Part shown: positions 10,399 to 18,842 of the stretch, in pieces
Layout of the letters: the number at the start of each line of letters is the position of its first letter
Numbering within the stretch: position 1 is the stretch's first letter
The notes under the pieces: generated by a model
The model's database searches: none
Seen by the model: only the letters and a program-made list of their open reading frames with translations
What the model was told of the DNA's origin: nothing
Position numbers and translations under genes: made by a program
Source of the DNA: an uncultured Candidatus Saccharibacteria bacterium
GTDB taxonomy: Bacteria > Patescibacteriota > Minisyncoccia > Phycocordibacterales > GWA1-40-21
Assembly (NCBI GenBank): GCA_964613715.1
Contig: CAZTJK010000002.1
Location: 40,355-104,354 of the forward strand
Direction: 5' to 3'
Length of the DNA stretch: 64,000 bases

Positions 10399-10755
10399 AT
10401 GATGAAAAGAATACTGGCAGCCGCAGCAGCATCGACCCTTCCGCTTGTCGCCCTTGCGCAAGGATATGCCCCGAATCAGGGTGTCATGGGCCTCTTTAAT
10501 TTTGCTGGCGCAATCCTCAATAGAATCGTTCCGCTCCTTATCTCCATTGCCATCGTCTATTTCATCTGGCAGGTCTTCAAATACACCATTGCAGCCGATG
10601 AAGAAGCAAAGGGCGCGGCAAAGACCCATATCATTTACGGCATCGTCGGCATCTTTATCATGGTGTCCATCTGGGGCCTCGTAGCGATTCTCCAGGCGAC
10701 CTTCGGCACTTCGGGCGTCACCGGCACGATCGGCAATCAGATTCCGCAGATATAA
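10399..10755 (+). CDS. Pilin-like small membrane protein, paralog 4
   Basis: 118 aa; signal peptide ALA|QGYAP; TM1, loop ADEEAKGAAKTH, TM2 IIYGIVGIFIMVSIWGLVAILQATFG. Confidence 0.7.
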   Translation: MMKRILAAAAASTLPLVALAQGYAPNQGVMGLFNFAGAILNRIVPLLISIAIVYFIWQVFKYTIAADEEAKGAAKTHIIYGIVGIFIMVSIWGLVAILQATFGTSGVTGTIGNQIPQI

Positions 10756-10763
10756 GCGCGCCC

Positions 10764-11066
10764 ATGACTGCTCTCGTCGAGCGTGCATATGCACAGGATG
10801 TAGCCGCTGTCGGCAGCGGTGCTACCGGCTTCAACCGCCTTCTCCAAAACATCATCAATCAAATCGGCGTACCGATCATCTATCTTCTTTTGGCGCTTGC
10901 GGTCGTCTATTTTATGTGGGGCGTCGTCCTCTTCATCAAGAATGGCGATAATCCTGAGAAGCGCGAAGAGGGTTTCCAGCATATTATCTGGGGTATCATC
11001 GGCATCTTCATCATGGTGTCGGCAAAGGGGATCATCAATATCATTCTCGCGACGATCGGAGCTTAG
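10764..11066 (+). CDS. Pilin-like small membrane protein, paralog 5
   Basis: 100 aa; signal peptide AYA|QD; TM1, loop NGDNPEKREEGFQH, TM2 IIWGIIGIFIMVSAKGIINIILATIG. Confidence 0.7.
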   Translation: MTALVERAYAQDVAAVGSGATGFNRLLQNIINQIGVPIIYLLLALAVVYFMWGVVLFIKNGDNPEKREEGFQHIIWGIIGIFIMVSAKGIINIILATIGA

Positions 11067-11099
11067 GAAAAAACGCCAAACGGCGCTTTTTCATTTTCC

Positions 11100-11127
11100 T
11101 TGCTTTTTTATTATTTGATTGTATAGT
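11100..11127 (+). promoter_or_regulatory. Sigma-70-like promoter for RNase P RNA
   Basis: ttgctt (-35), 16 nt spacer, tatagt (-10) placed just upstream of the rnpB 5' end. Confidence 0.4.
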
Positions 11128-11134
11128 AATAGGG

Positions 11135-11470
11135 CCTTTTTATTAGGTAGCTGCTCGGGCGAAAGCCCGGGAGGAAAGTCCGAACATTCCCATGGGCGAC
11201 CATGGAGCAGGGTAGCGGGTAACGCCCGTCCGGAGCGATCCGAGAGGTGCGAACAGTGACGTCTGCGGCGAAAGCCAAAGACATCCTTCGGGATGAATCT
11301 CGTCGAAAGGCGAGGGTGCAACGGCAAAATCCTTACTTGAATGCAAGGCCGTGCCTGCCGCAAGGCAGGAGCGCCGCTCGAGCCCGCGGGTAACCGCCGG
11401 CCCAGATAGATGGCTATCGTGTCCGGGCGACCGGGCATACAGAATTCGGCTTACAGGTATAAAGGTTATG
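11135..11470 (+). ncRNA. rnpB: RNase P RNA (bacterial type A)
   Basis: Contains universally conserved P4 strands: GGGAGGAAAGTCCGAAC near 5' end and ACAGAATTCGGCTTAC near 3' end, plus AGGGTAGCGGGTAACGCCCG and GAGGGTGCAACGGC...AGGAGCGCC regions; the ORFs 11091..11438(-) and the N-terminal extension of 11351..13228(+) overlap this RNA and are not coding. Boundaries approximate (about +/-15 nt). Confidence 0.85.
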
Positions 11471-11471
11471 G

Positions 11472-11505
11472 AAAGGGTCCGCGATGAGCGGGCCCTTTTC
11501 TTTTT
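11472..11505 (+). terminator. Rho-independent terminator after rnpB
   Basis: gggtccgc-gatga-gcgggccc hairpin followed by TTTTCTTTTT. Confidence 0.7.
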
Positions 11506-11551
11506 ACAACCTTCGGGAATGCGCTATACTACAGACTGCATTTCCGAGCGT

Positions 11552-13228
11552 ATGGTCAAGAATCTCTTTCATATCTTCAATAAAAAAATAGAAGGGTTGC
11601 ACGAGGCGGCATATCTGTTGGGCGTTTTCGCGCTTCTTTCCCAGGTCCTTGCGCTCTTGCGCGATCGCGTGCTCGCATCATCATTTGGCGTCGGGCATAC
11701 GCTCGATATCTATTATTCCTCATTCGAGATCCCGGATTTCATATTCGCGACGGTTGCATCCATCGTTTCGATCTCGGTGCTCGTGCCATTTATCACCGAG
11801 CGGCTCGAGCGTTCAGCGGAAGAAACGAAGCGCTTTATCAATGCGATTTTCTCCTGCTTCTCGCTTATTATCGTGTCTGTGAGCATCATCGTGTTTCTCG
11901 CCATGCCATATCTGGCTCCAAAGGTATTTCCCGGCATCGCCGATACGGCCACGCTCATTCATATGGCGCGGATTCTCCTGCTCTCCCCGATACTTTTGGG
12001 CTTGTCGAATTTCGTGGCGAGCCTGACACAAGTCGGCAAGCGCTTTCTCGTCTATGCGCTTTCTCCATTGTTTTATAATCTTGGTATCATTCTTGGCGCG
12101 GCGTTTCTCTACCCGATATTCGGCATATATGGCCTGGCGTACGGCGTCATAATCGGAGCGTTCATGCACCTTGCTATACAATTGCCATTCGTATTTCGGA
12201 CGGGGCTTTTGTCCGTCTGGCCGCTTCATTTCGATTTCCGGGCCGTCAAAGAAGTGTTCCTGATCTCCATTCCGCGCACGATCACACTTGGCATGACGCA
12301 AATCACGACCTTGGCGCTTGTCGGCATGGCGAGCGTGATGTCCGTCGGGTCCATCTCCATCTTCAATTTCTCGAACAATCTCGAATCAGTACCACTCTCG
12401 ATCATTGGCGTATCGTATTCGCTCGCCGCATTTCCGACCCTGTCGCGCTTCGTGAGCCGCAATCAGATAGGGGAATTCGTCGCGCATATTTCGGCGGCGC
12501 TGCGCCACGTGATCTTCTGGTCCATACCCATTTCGGTGCTTTTCATCGTCCTGCGCGCGCAGATCGTACGTACCATTTACGGAGCAGGGAAATTCGATTG
12601 GAACGGCACGAAGCTTACTGCTGCTGCCCTTGCCGTGTTCGCCATTTCGGTCCTTGCGCAGTCGCTCGTGCTTATTTTCATCCGTGGCTATTACGCAATG
12701 GGTAATACCAGAAAATCGCTTTATGCGAGCATCGCAACCGGCATACTCTCCATCGGCTTGTCATTCCTTTTCATGAAGCTTTTTTATCTGGCACCGACGT
12801 TCCGCTATTTCGTCGAGCATCTGTTCCGCGTGGATGACATTCCAGGCACTGAAGTGCTCATGCTTGCGCTCGGCTTTTCTCTTGCCCAAGTCATAAACTG
12901 CGTCATGCTGTGGCGATGGTTTGAACGGGAGCATCCCGGACTGTCTCTCTCCCTTTATCGCACCCTTTTCCAGAGCTTTGCCGCTTCTGTCATCATGGGC
13001 TTCGTTTCCTATCTCGGCCTCAATCTCTTCGACAATATCTTCAATCTGAACAAAGTAGCTGGCATCTTCATGCAGGGATTATGCTCCGGCCTTATCGGCA
13101 TCGCAGTATTCGTTCTTGTCCTCAAGCTCTTAAACAGCGAGGAACTTGCTGAAACTGCCACGACGCTTCGCAAGCGCTTCTGGACGGCGCGGCCGATTGC
13201 GCCTGATATCAGCGCCACCGATCTCTAG
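11552..13228 (+). CDS. murJ: Lipid II flippase MurJ (MviN)
   Basis: About 558 aa polytopic membrane protein; MVKNLFHIFNKKIEG...LLGVFALLSQVLALLRDRVLASSFG start and overall 14-TM MOP-superfamily pattern typical of MurJ; start chosen downstream of rnpB at ATG 11552. Confidence 0.8.
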   Translation: MVKNLFHIFNKKIEGLHEAAYLLGVFALLSQVLALLRDRVLASSFGVGHTLDIYYSSFEIPDFIFATVASIVSISVLVPFITERLERSAEETKRFINAIFSCFSLIIVSVSIIVFLAMPYLAPKVFPGIADTATLIHMARILLLSPILLGLSNFVASLTQVGKRFLVYALSPLFYNLGIILGAAFLYPIFGIYGLAYGVIIGAFMHLAIQLPFVFRTGLLSVWPLHFDFRAVKEVFLISIPRTITLGMTQITTLALVGMASVMSVGSISIFNFSNNLESVPLSIIGVSYSLAAFPTLSRFVSRNQIGEFVAHISAALRHVIFWSIPISVLFIVLRAQIVRTIYGAGKFDWNGTKLTAAALAVFAISVLAQSLVLIFIRGYYAMGNTRKSLYASIATGILSIGLSFLFMKLFYLAPTFRYFVEHLFRVDDIPGTEVLMLALGFSLAQVINCVMLWRWFEREHPGLSLSLYRTLFQSFAASVIMGFVSYLGLNLFDNIFNLNKVAGIFMQGLCSGLIGIAVFVLVLKLLNSEELAETATTLRKRFWTARPIAPDISATDL

Positions 13229-13230
13229 TG

Positions 13231-13259
13231 CTTGCGCGAAGGCCTATTTTAGGCTATAC
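13231..13259 (+). promoter_or_regulatory. Putative promoter of rpmG
   Basis: ttgcgc - 17 nt - tatact. Confidence 0.35.
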
Positions 13260-13281
13260 TCCGAGGGCTAGAAAAAACATC

Positions 13282-13440
13282 ATGTCACAGGACCACCTCA
13301 TCAAACTCGCCTGCAAGGATTGCAAACGCATCAATTACTGGACGACCAAGAACAAAAAGAAAGTCGAGCGCAAGATCGAGTTGAAGAAGTATTGCAAATG
13401 GTGCAGGAAGCAGACCGTGCACAAAGAAATCAAGAAATAA
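13282..13440 (+). CDS. rpmG: 50S ribosomal protein L33
   Basis: MSQDHLIKLACKDCKRINYWTTKNKKKVERKIELKKYCKWCRKQTVHKEIKK: zinc-ribbon CxxC...CxxC and NYxTTKNK motif of L33; start at ATG 13282 inside ORF 13228..13440. Confidence 0.9.
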   Translation: MSQDHLIKLACKDCKRINYWTTKNKKKVERKIELKKYCKWCRKQTVHKEIKK

Positions 13441-13468
13441 AAAACCGCTGAGAAGGCGGTTTTTTCTT
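13441..13468 (+). terminator. Rho-independent terminator after rpmG
   Basis: aaccgc-tgagaag-gcggtt hairpin + TTTTTTCTTT. Confidence 0.8.
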
Positions 13469-13499
13469 TCAACATTTCATGCTATAGTGTTGCCCGAAC

Positions 13500-13570
13500 G
13501 GGCGATTAGTTAAGTGGTATAACTGCGGTCTCCAAAACCGCTGTCCGAGGTTCGATTCCTCGATCGCCCG
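13500..13570 (+). tRNA. trnW: tRNA-Trp (anticodon CCA)
   Basis: Manual cloverleaf: acceptor GGGCGAT/ATCGCCC, D-stem GTTA/TAAC, anticodon stem GCGGT/ACCGC with loop CTCCAAA (anticodon CCA), T-arm CGAGG-TTCGATT-CCTCG, discriminator G; CCA not encoded. rpmG followed by tRNA-Trp is a widely conserved arrangement. Confidence 0.85.
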
Positions 13571-13585
13571 CAGATTAACATAAGT

Positions 13586-13921
13586 ATGGAATCATCATTC
13601 GAAAAAAACGAAACATCACAGGCAGAAAGGCGTGCATGGCTTGTTGCTAACCTGAGAGAAAAGGGATATCAAGATCCTGAAGCAAGAGAAACTCTTATTG
13701 CATGGATGCAAACGGAAGAAGAGCATGCTGCTCGAATAAATTCTTCGGAAGCTAACATAGAGGTTATTATCAACAAAGCACTGTTATTAAAAGAATGCGG
13801 GCTTATTGCTGACGCAGAGGAAGAGCTCGGTATTGCATGGGATAATGCTATCCAGGAGGGAAATGATGAATTGCGTGAAAAATTAAAAATCGCAATCGCA
13901 GGAGCTATAAGGAATTTATAA
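13586..13921 (+). CDS. Hypothetical acidic protein
   Basis: 111 aa, AT-richer than surroundings, no recognised family; lies directly downstream of tRNA-Trp. Confidence 0.45.
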   Translation: MESSFEKNETSQAERRAWLVANLREKGYQDPEARETLIAWMQTEEEHAARINSSEANIEVIINKALLLKECGLIADAEEELGIAWDNAIQEGNDELREKLKIAIAGAIRNL

Positions 13922-13924
13922 GGT

Positions 13925-14176
13925 TTATTGAATCAATCCTTCCTCTTTTGCTTTTTTCACAGCATGGGCTATGAGCTCTTCTGCTGCAACGCCTAGCCGT
14001 TCAGCAACTTCTTCGAAATATGCAGGATTTTCATTCTCCTCATTGCCTGGATAGGGCGCGAAGGTGATGAAATCGGATCGGATATCTTCGAGGGGCATTT
14101 CTTCCTGTTCAGCAAACCGTTCGATCATCAAATCTATTTCTTTTTCGCGATTCTCAAAATTCGGCGGCTGTTCCAT
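13925..14176 (-). CDS. Hypothetical highly acidic small protein
   Basis: 83 aa, E/D-rich, convergent with 13586..13921. Confidence 0.4.
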   Translation of the reverse strand: MEQPPNFENREKEIDLMIERFAEQEEMPLEDIRSDFITFAPYPGNEENENPAYFEEVAERLGVAAEELIAHAVKKAKEEGLIQ

Positions 14177-14257
14177 AGCGCCAGTGTACCATATATTGTC
14201 TTGCGTTTCTTTTTATGCTTTATTTACTTCTAGTCAGCACTTTCTCAGGAGGCTTAC

Positions 14258-14749
14258 ATGAAGAAAAAGGCATTGGTCAAGCTTTCGGGCAGCTTGCTTC
14301 GAAGCAGCAAAGTGCTTCGGTGGCTCAAAGAGCTTACGAAGATATACCGTGTCGTTATCCTTGTCGGCGGGGGAGACCAGATCAATCAGGCATTCCGCCG
14401 GCGCGGCTGGACAATTGATTTTGGCCCCTTCGGCAGGAAAACAGAGTCTACCGAACAGCAGCGGGTGCAGCGCATGGTCCTGAAGAAAAATCAGGCATCG
14501 GTGCGCATGCTGCTTGCAAAGCATCGCATACGGGCGAAAGTCGGTATTCCGGTCATTTCGGTTGCTGGCGAACTGTGCAATGTCAATGGCGATACGCTTG
14601 CCCTTATCGTCTACGACAGTTTTGAAAAGATTTTTGTCGTGACGAAAGGGGCAGACCGTCAGAACATCAAGCAGGCTGCATTTCATAATAGCGGCTTGCG
14701 GCACAACAGCGGCGATCCGCTGCATAAGATCGAAGTGGTCGCATTTTAA
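14258..14749 (+). CDS. Short amino-acid-kinase-family-like protein
   Basis: 163 aa; ALVKLSGSLL and VVILVGGGDQIN resemble the two N-terminal glycine-rich motifs of the aspartate/glutamate/uridylate kinase fold, NVNGDTLALIVYDSFEKIFVVT resembles the nucleotide-binding strand; unusually short for the family. Confidence 0.4.
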   Translation: MKKKALVKLSGSLLRSSKVLRWLKELTKIYRVVILVGGGDQINQAFRRRGWTIDFGPFGRKTESTEQQRVQRMVLKKNQASVRMLLAKHRIRAKVGIPVISVAGELCNVNGDTLALIVYDSFEKIFVVTKGADRQNIKQAAFHNSGLRHNSGDPLHKIEVVAF

Positions 14750-14752
14750 ACG

Positions 14753-14784
14753 GAGCTGCTCGTCTCACGCGAGCAGCTTTTTCG
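14753..14784. terminator. Bidirectional terminator between convergent genes
   Basis: gctgctcg-tctcac-cgagcagc hairpin with T-run after; miaA stop codon lies in the loop. Confidence 0.75.
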
Positions 14785-15655
14785 TTCTCCTGTATATGCG
14801 AGAGAATTGTTGTGGCTTAGACCACTGGATCTTCCTATTTTTCTTGAACCAGGTACGCTGGCGCTTTACATAGTGCCAGATTTCTTTTTTCAGGCTTTCC
14901 AGCATCTCGCTGTGCGAGATTTTTTTCTGTAGCAATAGCGCGATTTGACGGTATTCGAGCCCGAATGATTCGAGCCGTTTCCAGGAAACACCACCAGCAT
15001 GAAGCTTTCGCACTTCCTCAATCATACCAAGCTGCAAGCGTTTCTTGAGCCGTGTGGCAATCCTTTCTTTCAATGCCGCATCGGGCATATCGAGACCGAT
15101 ATAGGCAACTTCGTATTTTTCCGGTAATGCTTTTATTTCCGGCACATGGCCGAGCGTTTTCGCTATCTCGATTGCGCGGATGAGGCGGACTTTATTATGC
15201 TCGTCTATCGTTATTGCACGCTTTGGTGCATGCTTTCGGAGCATTGCAAAAAGTTCTGATGCCGATTTTGTTTCAAGATGTTTGCGCAGTTTCATATCGG
15301 GCTTTACGTCCGGCAATGAAATATTTTTTACGAGGCTATCTATATAAAATCCGGTACCGCCGACGATGATTGGCAGTTTTACTTTTGCAATGATTTTCTC
15401 GATCGCTTGTTCCCCGAGCTTTTTATATTGAGCGACTGAAAATCGAGTATTCGGGGAAACAACATCGAGCAGATGATGGGGAATGCCATGCATTTCATGT
15501 TTCGTGATCTTGCCCGAGCCGAGATTCATTCCTCGGTATACTTGGCGCGAATCGGCGGAAACGATTTCGCCATTGAATTTCTTGGCAAGCTGTACCGCGA
15601 TATCGCTTTTGCCGGTAGCCGTCGGACCGAGAATAACGAGAATATGAGGTTTCAT
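14765..15655 (-). CDS. miaA: tRNA dimethylallyltransferase
   Basis: MKPHILVILGPTATGKSDIAVQLAKKFNGEIVSADSRQVY...: P-loop GPTATGKS and ADSxQVY motif of MiaA; start trimmed to ATG 15655 because the longer ORF (to 15745) would overlap tRNA-Leu. Confidence 0.9.
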   Translation of the reverse strand: MKPHILVILGPTATGKSDIAVQLAKKFNGEIVSADSRQVYRGMNLGSGKITKHEMHGIPHHLLDVVSPNTRFSVAQYKKLGEQAIEKIIAKVKLPIIVGGTGFYIDSLVKNISLPDVKPDMKLRKHLETKSASELFAMLRKHAPKRAITIDEHNKVRLIRAIEIAKTLGHVPEIKALPEKYEVAYIGLDMPDAALKERIATRLKKRLQLGMIEEVRKLHAGGVSWKRLESFGLEYRQIALLLQKKISHSEMLESLKKEIWHYVKRQRTWFKKNRKIQWSKPQQFSRIYRRTKKLLA

Positions 15656-15660
15656 GTATG

Positions 15661-15743
15661 TGCCCGGGGAGAGACTCGAACTCTCATGACCTTGCGATCG
15701 CAGCATTTTGAGTGCTGTGCGTCTACCATTCCGCCACCCGGGC
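15661..15743 (-). tRNA. tRNA-Leu (anticodon CAA), class II with long variable arm
   Basis: rc sequence GCCCGGGTGGCGGAATGGTAGACGCACAGCACTCAAAATGCTGCGATCGCAAGGTCATGAGAGTTCGAGTCTCTCCCCGGGCA folds with acceptor GCCCGGG/CCCGGGC, anticodon loop CTCAAAA, 15-nt variable arm, T-arm GAGAG-TTCGAGT-CTCTC. Confidence 0.85.
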
Positions 15744-15821
15744 ATTTCTTCGCCATCATAGCAGTTTGGAACAAAAAATCAATTTTGCTGCCCGATTGTG
15801 GCATGATACAATCCAAACGCA

Positions 15822-16814
15822 ATGACACAATTTTACAGCGATTCTATATTCTGGGTCGAGCTCGACAAGGTGAGCCCAAACCCGTTCCAGCCGAGAAAGG
15901 AATTCGATGAGGCGCGCCTCAAAGACCTTGCTGATTCGATCCGCCAGTACGGCGTGCTGCAGCCGATCGTGGTCACGAGAAAAGAGACTGAGCGTCCGGA
16001 CGGAGGGATTTCCGTCGAATATGAGCTCATTTCGGGCGAGCGCCGCTTGCGCGCTTCAAAGCTTGCCGGGGTCAAGCAGATCCCGGTCGTCATCCGCTCA
16101 GCAGAAGATTCTGACCTGATGAAGCTCGAGCTGGCGATCATCGAAAACCTGCAGCGCGAGGATTTGAACTGCGTGGACCGCGCCAAGGCATTTCAGCGCC
16201 TCGCCGAGGATTTCAAGCTTAAGCATGTGCAGATCGCACAGAAGATCGGCCGCAGCCGCGAATATGTCTCGAATAGCCTGCGCATCCTGGCATTGCCCGA
16301 GCATATGCTGCTGGCCATTTCCGAAGGGAAGCTTTCCGAGGGCCATACGAGGCCGCTTCTCATGCTTTCCGACCGCAAGGACGAGCAGGAAACGCTCTTC
16401 AAGGAAATCGTCTACAAGAAGATCACGGTGCGCGACGCGGAAATCATCGCGAGAAAGATCGCAGTGGAAAAAGCGAGAAAGAAGGAGACGATCGCAGACC
16501 CTGAGCTTATTGCGCTTGAGGAAAAATTCGCCGAGTCGCTCGGCACCCGCGTGCATATCGAAAAGAGCGAGAAAGGAGGCACGATTACGATCGATTTCTT
16601 CTCGAATGATGATGCCCGGGCGATTCTCGATCTCGTAGCTTCGGAAAAAAAGCGCAAGGTCAGCGAGCTCTTGGATAAGCATATTGCAACGACCGGCGAA
16701 AAAGACGGCGAGAAGCTCGATGTAACAGAGCGCGAGACGATAGACGATCGCAGTATCGATGAGAAAAAGAAGGACGAGGAGGATCTCTATTCGGTGAAGA
16801 ATTTCAGCTTGTAA
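15822..16814 (+). CDS. parB: Chromosome partitioning protein ParB/Spo0J
   Basis: 330 aa; ParB N-terminal box (LQPIVV...YELISGERRLRA), HTH region KIGRSREYVSNSLRILALPE. Confidence 0.9.
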   Translation: MTQFYSDSIFWVELDKVSPNPFQPRKEFDEARLKDLADSIRQYGVLQPIVVTRKETERPDGGISVEYELISGERRLRASKLAGVKQIPVVIRSAEDSDLMKLELAIIENLQREDLNCVDRAKAFQRLAEDFKLKHVQIAQKIGRSREYVSNSLRILALPEHMLLAISEGKLSEGHTRPLLMLSDRKDEQETLFKEIVYKKITVRDAEIIARKIAVEKARKKETIADPELIALEEKFAESLGTRVHIEKSEKGGTITIDFFSNDDARAILDLVASEKKRKVSELLDKHIATTGEKDGEKLDVTERETIDDRSIDEKKKDEEDLYSVKNFSL

Positions 16815-16886
16815 TCCTCATGTTTCGATAGATATGTTATAGTAAAAGAAGTTCTTTTCAATACGCGAAAAAGAGGTAACTTCTCT

Positions 16887-17234
16887 ATGCTCGTGCATAT
16901 TTCACCGACGGGTCGGGTACAATGGTTTCGTGTCGTCCGCTGGTTTTTTAGTTATAATGGCTATATTGATTTGTTGATTTTGTGGCTGCTTATCCAGATG
17001 TGGGCACGTCTTCCATCTAGATCTGGAGAAATGGATATTTCTCTTGAAGACGGTGCAGTATATCTTGATAAAAGAAAATCGATTTCACGTCTTCTTGCAC
17101 AGCATTATAATCTCGACACTTCAGAGAAATATCTGGCAATCAGATATGATGACATTGTCGGTCAAATGAAGTTTGTCGTTCGCAGGATTCAAAAGAAAAG
17201 AGGAATAGCAATATATTTTCGTTCATCCTCATAG
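16887..17234 (+). CDS. Hypothetical protein in AT-rich spacer
   Basis: 115 aa, RBS aagagg 9 nt upstream; AT-rich; followed by hairpin terminator shared with relA 3' end. Confidence 0.4.
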   Translation: MLVHISPTGRVQWFRVVRWFFSYNGYIDLLILWLLIQMWARLPSRSGEMDISLEDGAVYLDKRKSISRLLAQHYNLDTSEKYLAIRYDDIVGQMKFVVRRIQKKRGIAIYFRSSS

Positions 17235-17249
17235 CCGGTTATCTACCGG

Positions 17250-18767
17250 CTATTTCTTTTTCTTCTGCTTTTCGAGGAAGCTGTTCACATGGCGCTTTGC
17301 CATGCTTGTTTTTGCGATCTCAAGCCATTTTGCCGACGGCTTTGCCGCATCGCGGGTGATTATTTCCACCACGTCGCCATTGTGGAGCGCAGTATCGAGC
17401 GAGACCATCCTGCCATTTATCTTCGCGCCGCTCGTGTGATCGCCGACCGATGAATGGATCGAGTATGCGAAATCAAGCGGCATGGCACCGCGCGGCAGGT
17501 CGAGCACGTCGCCCGAGGGCGTCATGACGAAGATGCGCTCATTGAAGAAGTCCGCTTTCAAATCCTTGATGAACTCGTTCTTCTCGAGATCTGTCTTGAT
17601 GTTCTTCTGCGAATCGGCAAGCTCGGTAATCCATTTCGGCACCGGTTTCTGCGTTTCGTGCGAGGCAGCAGCATAATTGATCATGCTCGGCAGGAATTGC
17701 TTGAACCATCCTTGTTCGGATACCGCTGGCTTTTTCGAGCCGCTTTTCTTGTAGGCGATATGCGAGGCGATGCCGTATTCGGCTTCCTCGTGCATGCCAT
17801 GCGTGCGGATCTGGACTTCGATGATCGCCTGATCGCTCGTGATGATCGTGGTATGCAAGCTCTTGTAGCCGTTCGGCTTCGGCAAAGCTATGTAATCTTT
17901 GATGCGGCCAGGGAGCGGGCGCCAGAGGCTGTGGATGATACCGAGCACCTTATAGCAGTCCTCGACGGTATTTACATAAATGCGGATCGCGAGCATGTCA
18001 TAGACTTTCGTGATATCGCCATCATGGCTTTTGAGCTTCTTGTACAGGCTATAAATGCCTTTCTGGCGGTAATCGGTCTTGAAGTCGGTCAGGCCGCGCT
18101 CGGCAAGCGCCTTCTTTACTGCTTTGGTGAATTTCTCGAGCTGCGGCACATTCGCTTCGCGAGCGCCGCGGATGAGCTTGACCGTCTCTTCATATTCTTT
18201 CGGATAGAGATATTTGAATGAAAGGTCTTCAAGCTCGCGCGATAAGAGGCGGATAGACAGGCGATAGGCGAGCGGCGCATAGATCTCAAGCGTCTCAAGC
18301 GCGATGCGATGCTGCTTTTCTTCCGGCACGTACTGGAGTGTGCGCATATTATGCAGGCGATCAGCGATCTTTATGATCAGCACGCGGATATCCTGGGCCG
18401 CTGCGACGAGGAATTTTCGCAAGGACTCGATATAGCGCTCGGCGCCGCGGTATTTGACCTTGCCGAGCTTCGTCACGCCCTGGACGAGAAACAGCACTTC
18501 GTCGCCGAATTCGCTGCGGACGATTTCATCGGTCGTCAGGCCGTCCTCGATCGCATCATGCAGAAAGCCCGCGGCGATGGTCGGTGCATCGACATTGAGC
18601 TCGGCGAGAATCATGGCGGTCGCGAAGAGGTGATTGAAATACGGCTCGCCGGATTTGCGCAGGTGCCCCTCATGGGCTTTCAGGGAAAAAGCATAGGCTT
18701 TTTTGACAAGCTCCTTGTCTTTCTCGGTCGGGGAATCCAAGAGTTTCAGGATATCTTCGGGACGCAT
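17250..18767 (-). CDS. relA/spoT: Bifunctional (p)ppGpp synthetase/hydrolase, RelA/SpoT family (HD + synthetase + TGS, no ACT domain)
   Basis: 505 aa; HD hydrolase motifs (HLFATAMIL..HDAIED), synthetase motifs (DMLAIRIYV, YKSLHTTI, EVQIRT) and C-terminal TGS-like region. Confidence 0.9.
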   Translation of the reverse strand: MRPEDILKLLDSPTEKDKELVKKAYAFSLKAHEGHLRKSGEPYFNHLFATAMILAELNVDAPTIAAGFLHDAIEDGLTTDEIVRSEFGDEVLFLVQGVTKLGKVKYRGAERYIESLRKFLVAAAQDIRVLIIKIADRLHNMRTLQYVPEEKQHRIALETLEIYAPLAYRLSIRLLSRELEDLSFKYLYPKEYEETVKLIRGAREANVPQLEKFTKAVKKALAERGLTDFKTDYRQKGIYSLYKKLKSHDGDITKVYDMLAIRIYVNTVEDCYKVLGIIHSLWRPLPGRIKDYIALPKPNGYKSLHTTIITSDQAIIEVQIRTHGMHEEAEYGIASHIAYKKSGSKKPAVSEQGWFKQFLPSMINYAAASHETQKPVPKWITELADSQKNIKTDLEKNEFIKDLKADFFNERIFVMTPSGDVLDLPRGAMPLDFAYSIHSSVGDHTSGAKINGRMVSLDTALHNGDVVEIITRDAAKPSAKWLEIAKTSMAKRHVNSFLEKQKKKK

Positions 18768-18803
18768 GCTTCCATACTAGCGGCTTTATCAGCAAATGCA
18801 AAC

Positions 18804-18842
18804 AAAAGAGCGGCGGGCCGAAGGCCCGCCGCTCTTTTGTTT
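18804..18842 (-). terminator. Rho-independent terminator downstream of topA
   Basis: agagcggcgggcc-gaag-ggcccgccgctct hairpin, T-run on the minus-strand transcript. Confidence 0.8.

Noticed and set aside
11091-11551. ORFs 11091..11438(-), 11143..11346(-) and the N-terminal 67 codons of ORF 11351..13228(+)
   Set aside because: The region carries the conserved P4 strands and other hallmarks of RNase P RNA (GGGAGGAAAGTCCGAAC and ACAGAATTCGGCTTAC), so it is a structural RNA. murJ most plausibly starts at 11552.
15473-15910. ORF 15473..15910(+) and the 30-codon N-terminal extension of miaA (to 15745)
   Set aside because: Both overlap tRNA-Leu(CAA) at 15661-15743 on the minus strand. miaA has a proper start (MKPHILVILGPTATGKS) at 15655.
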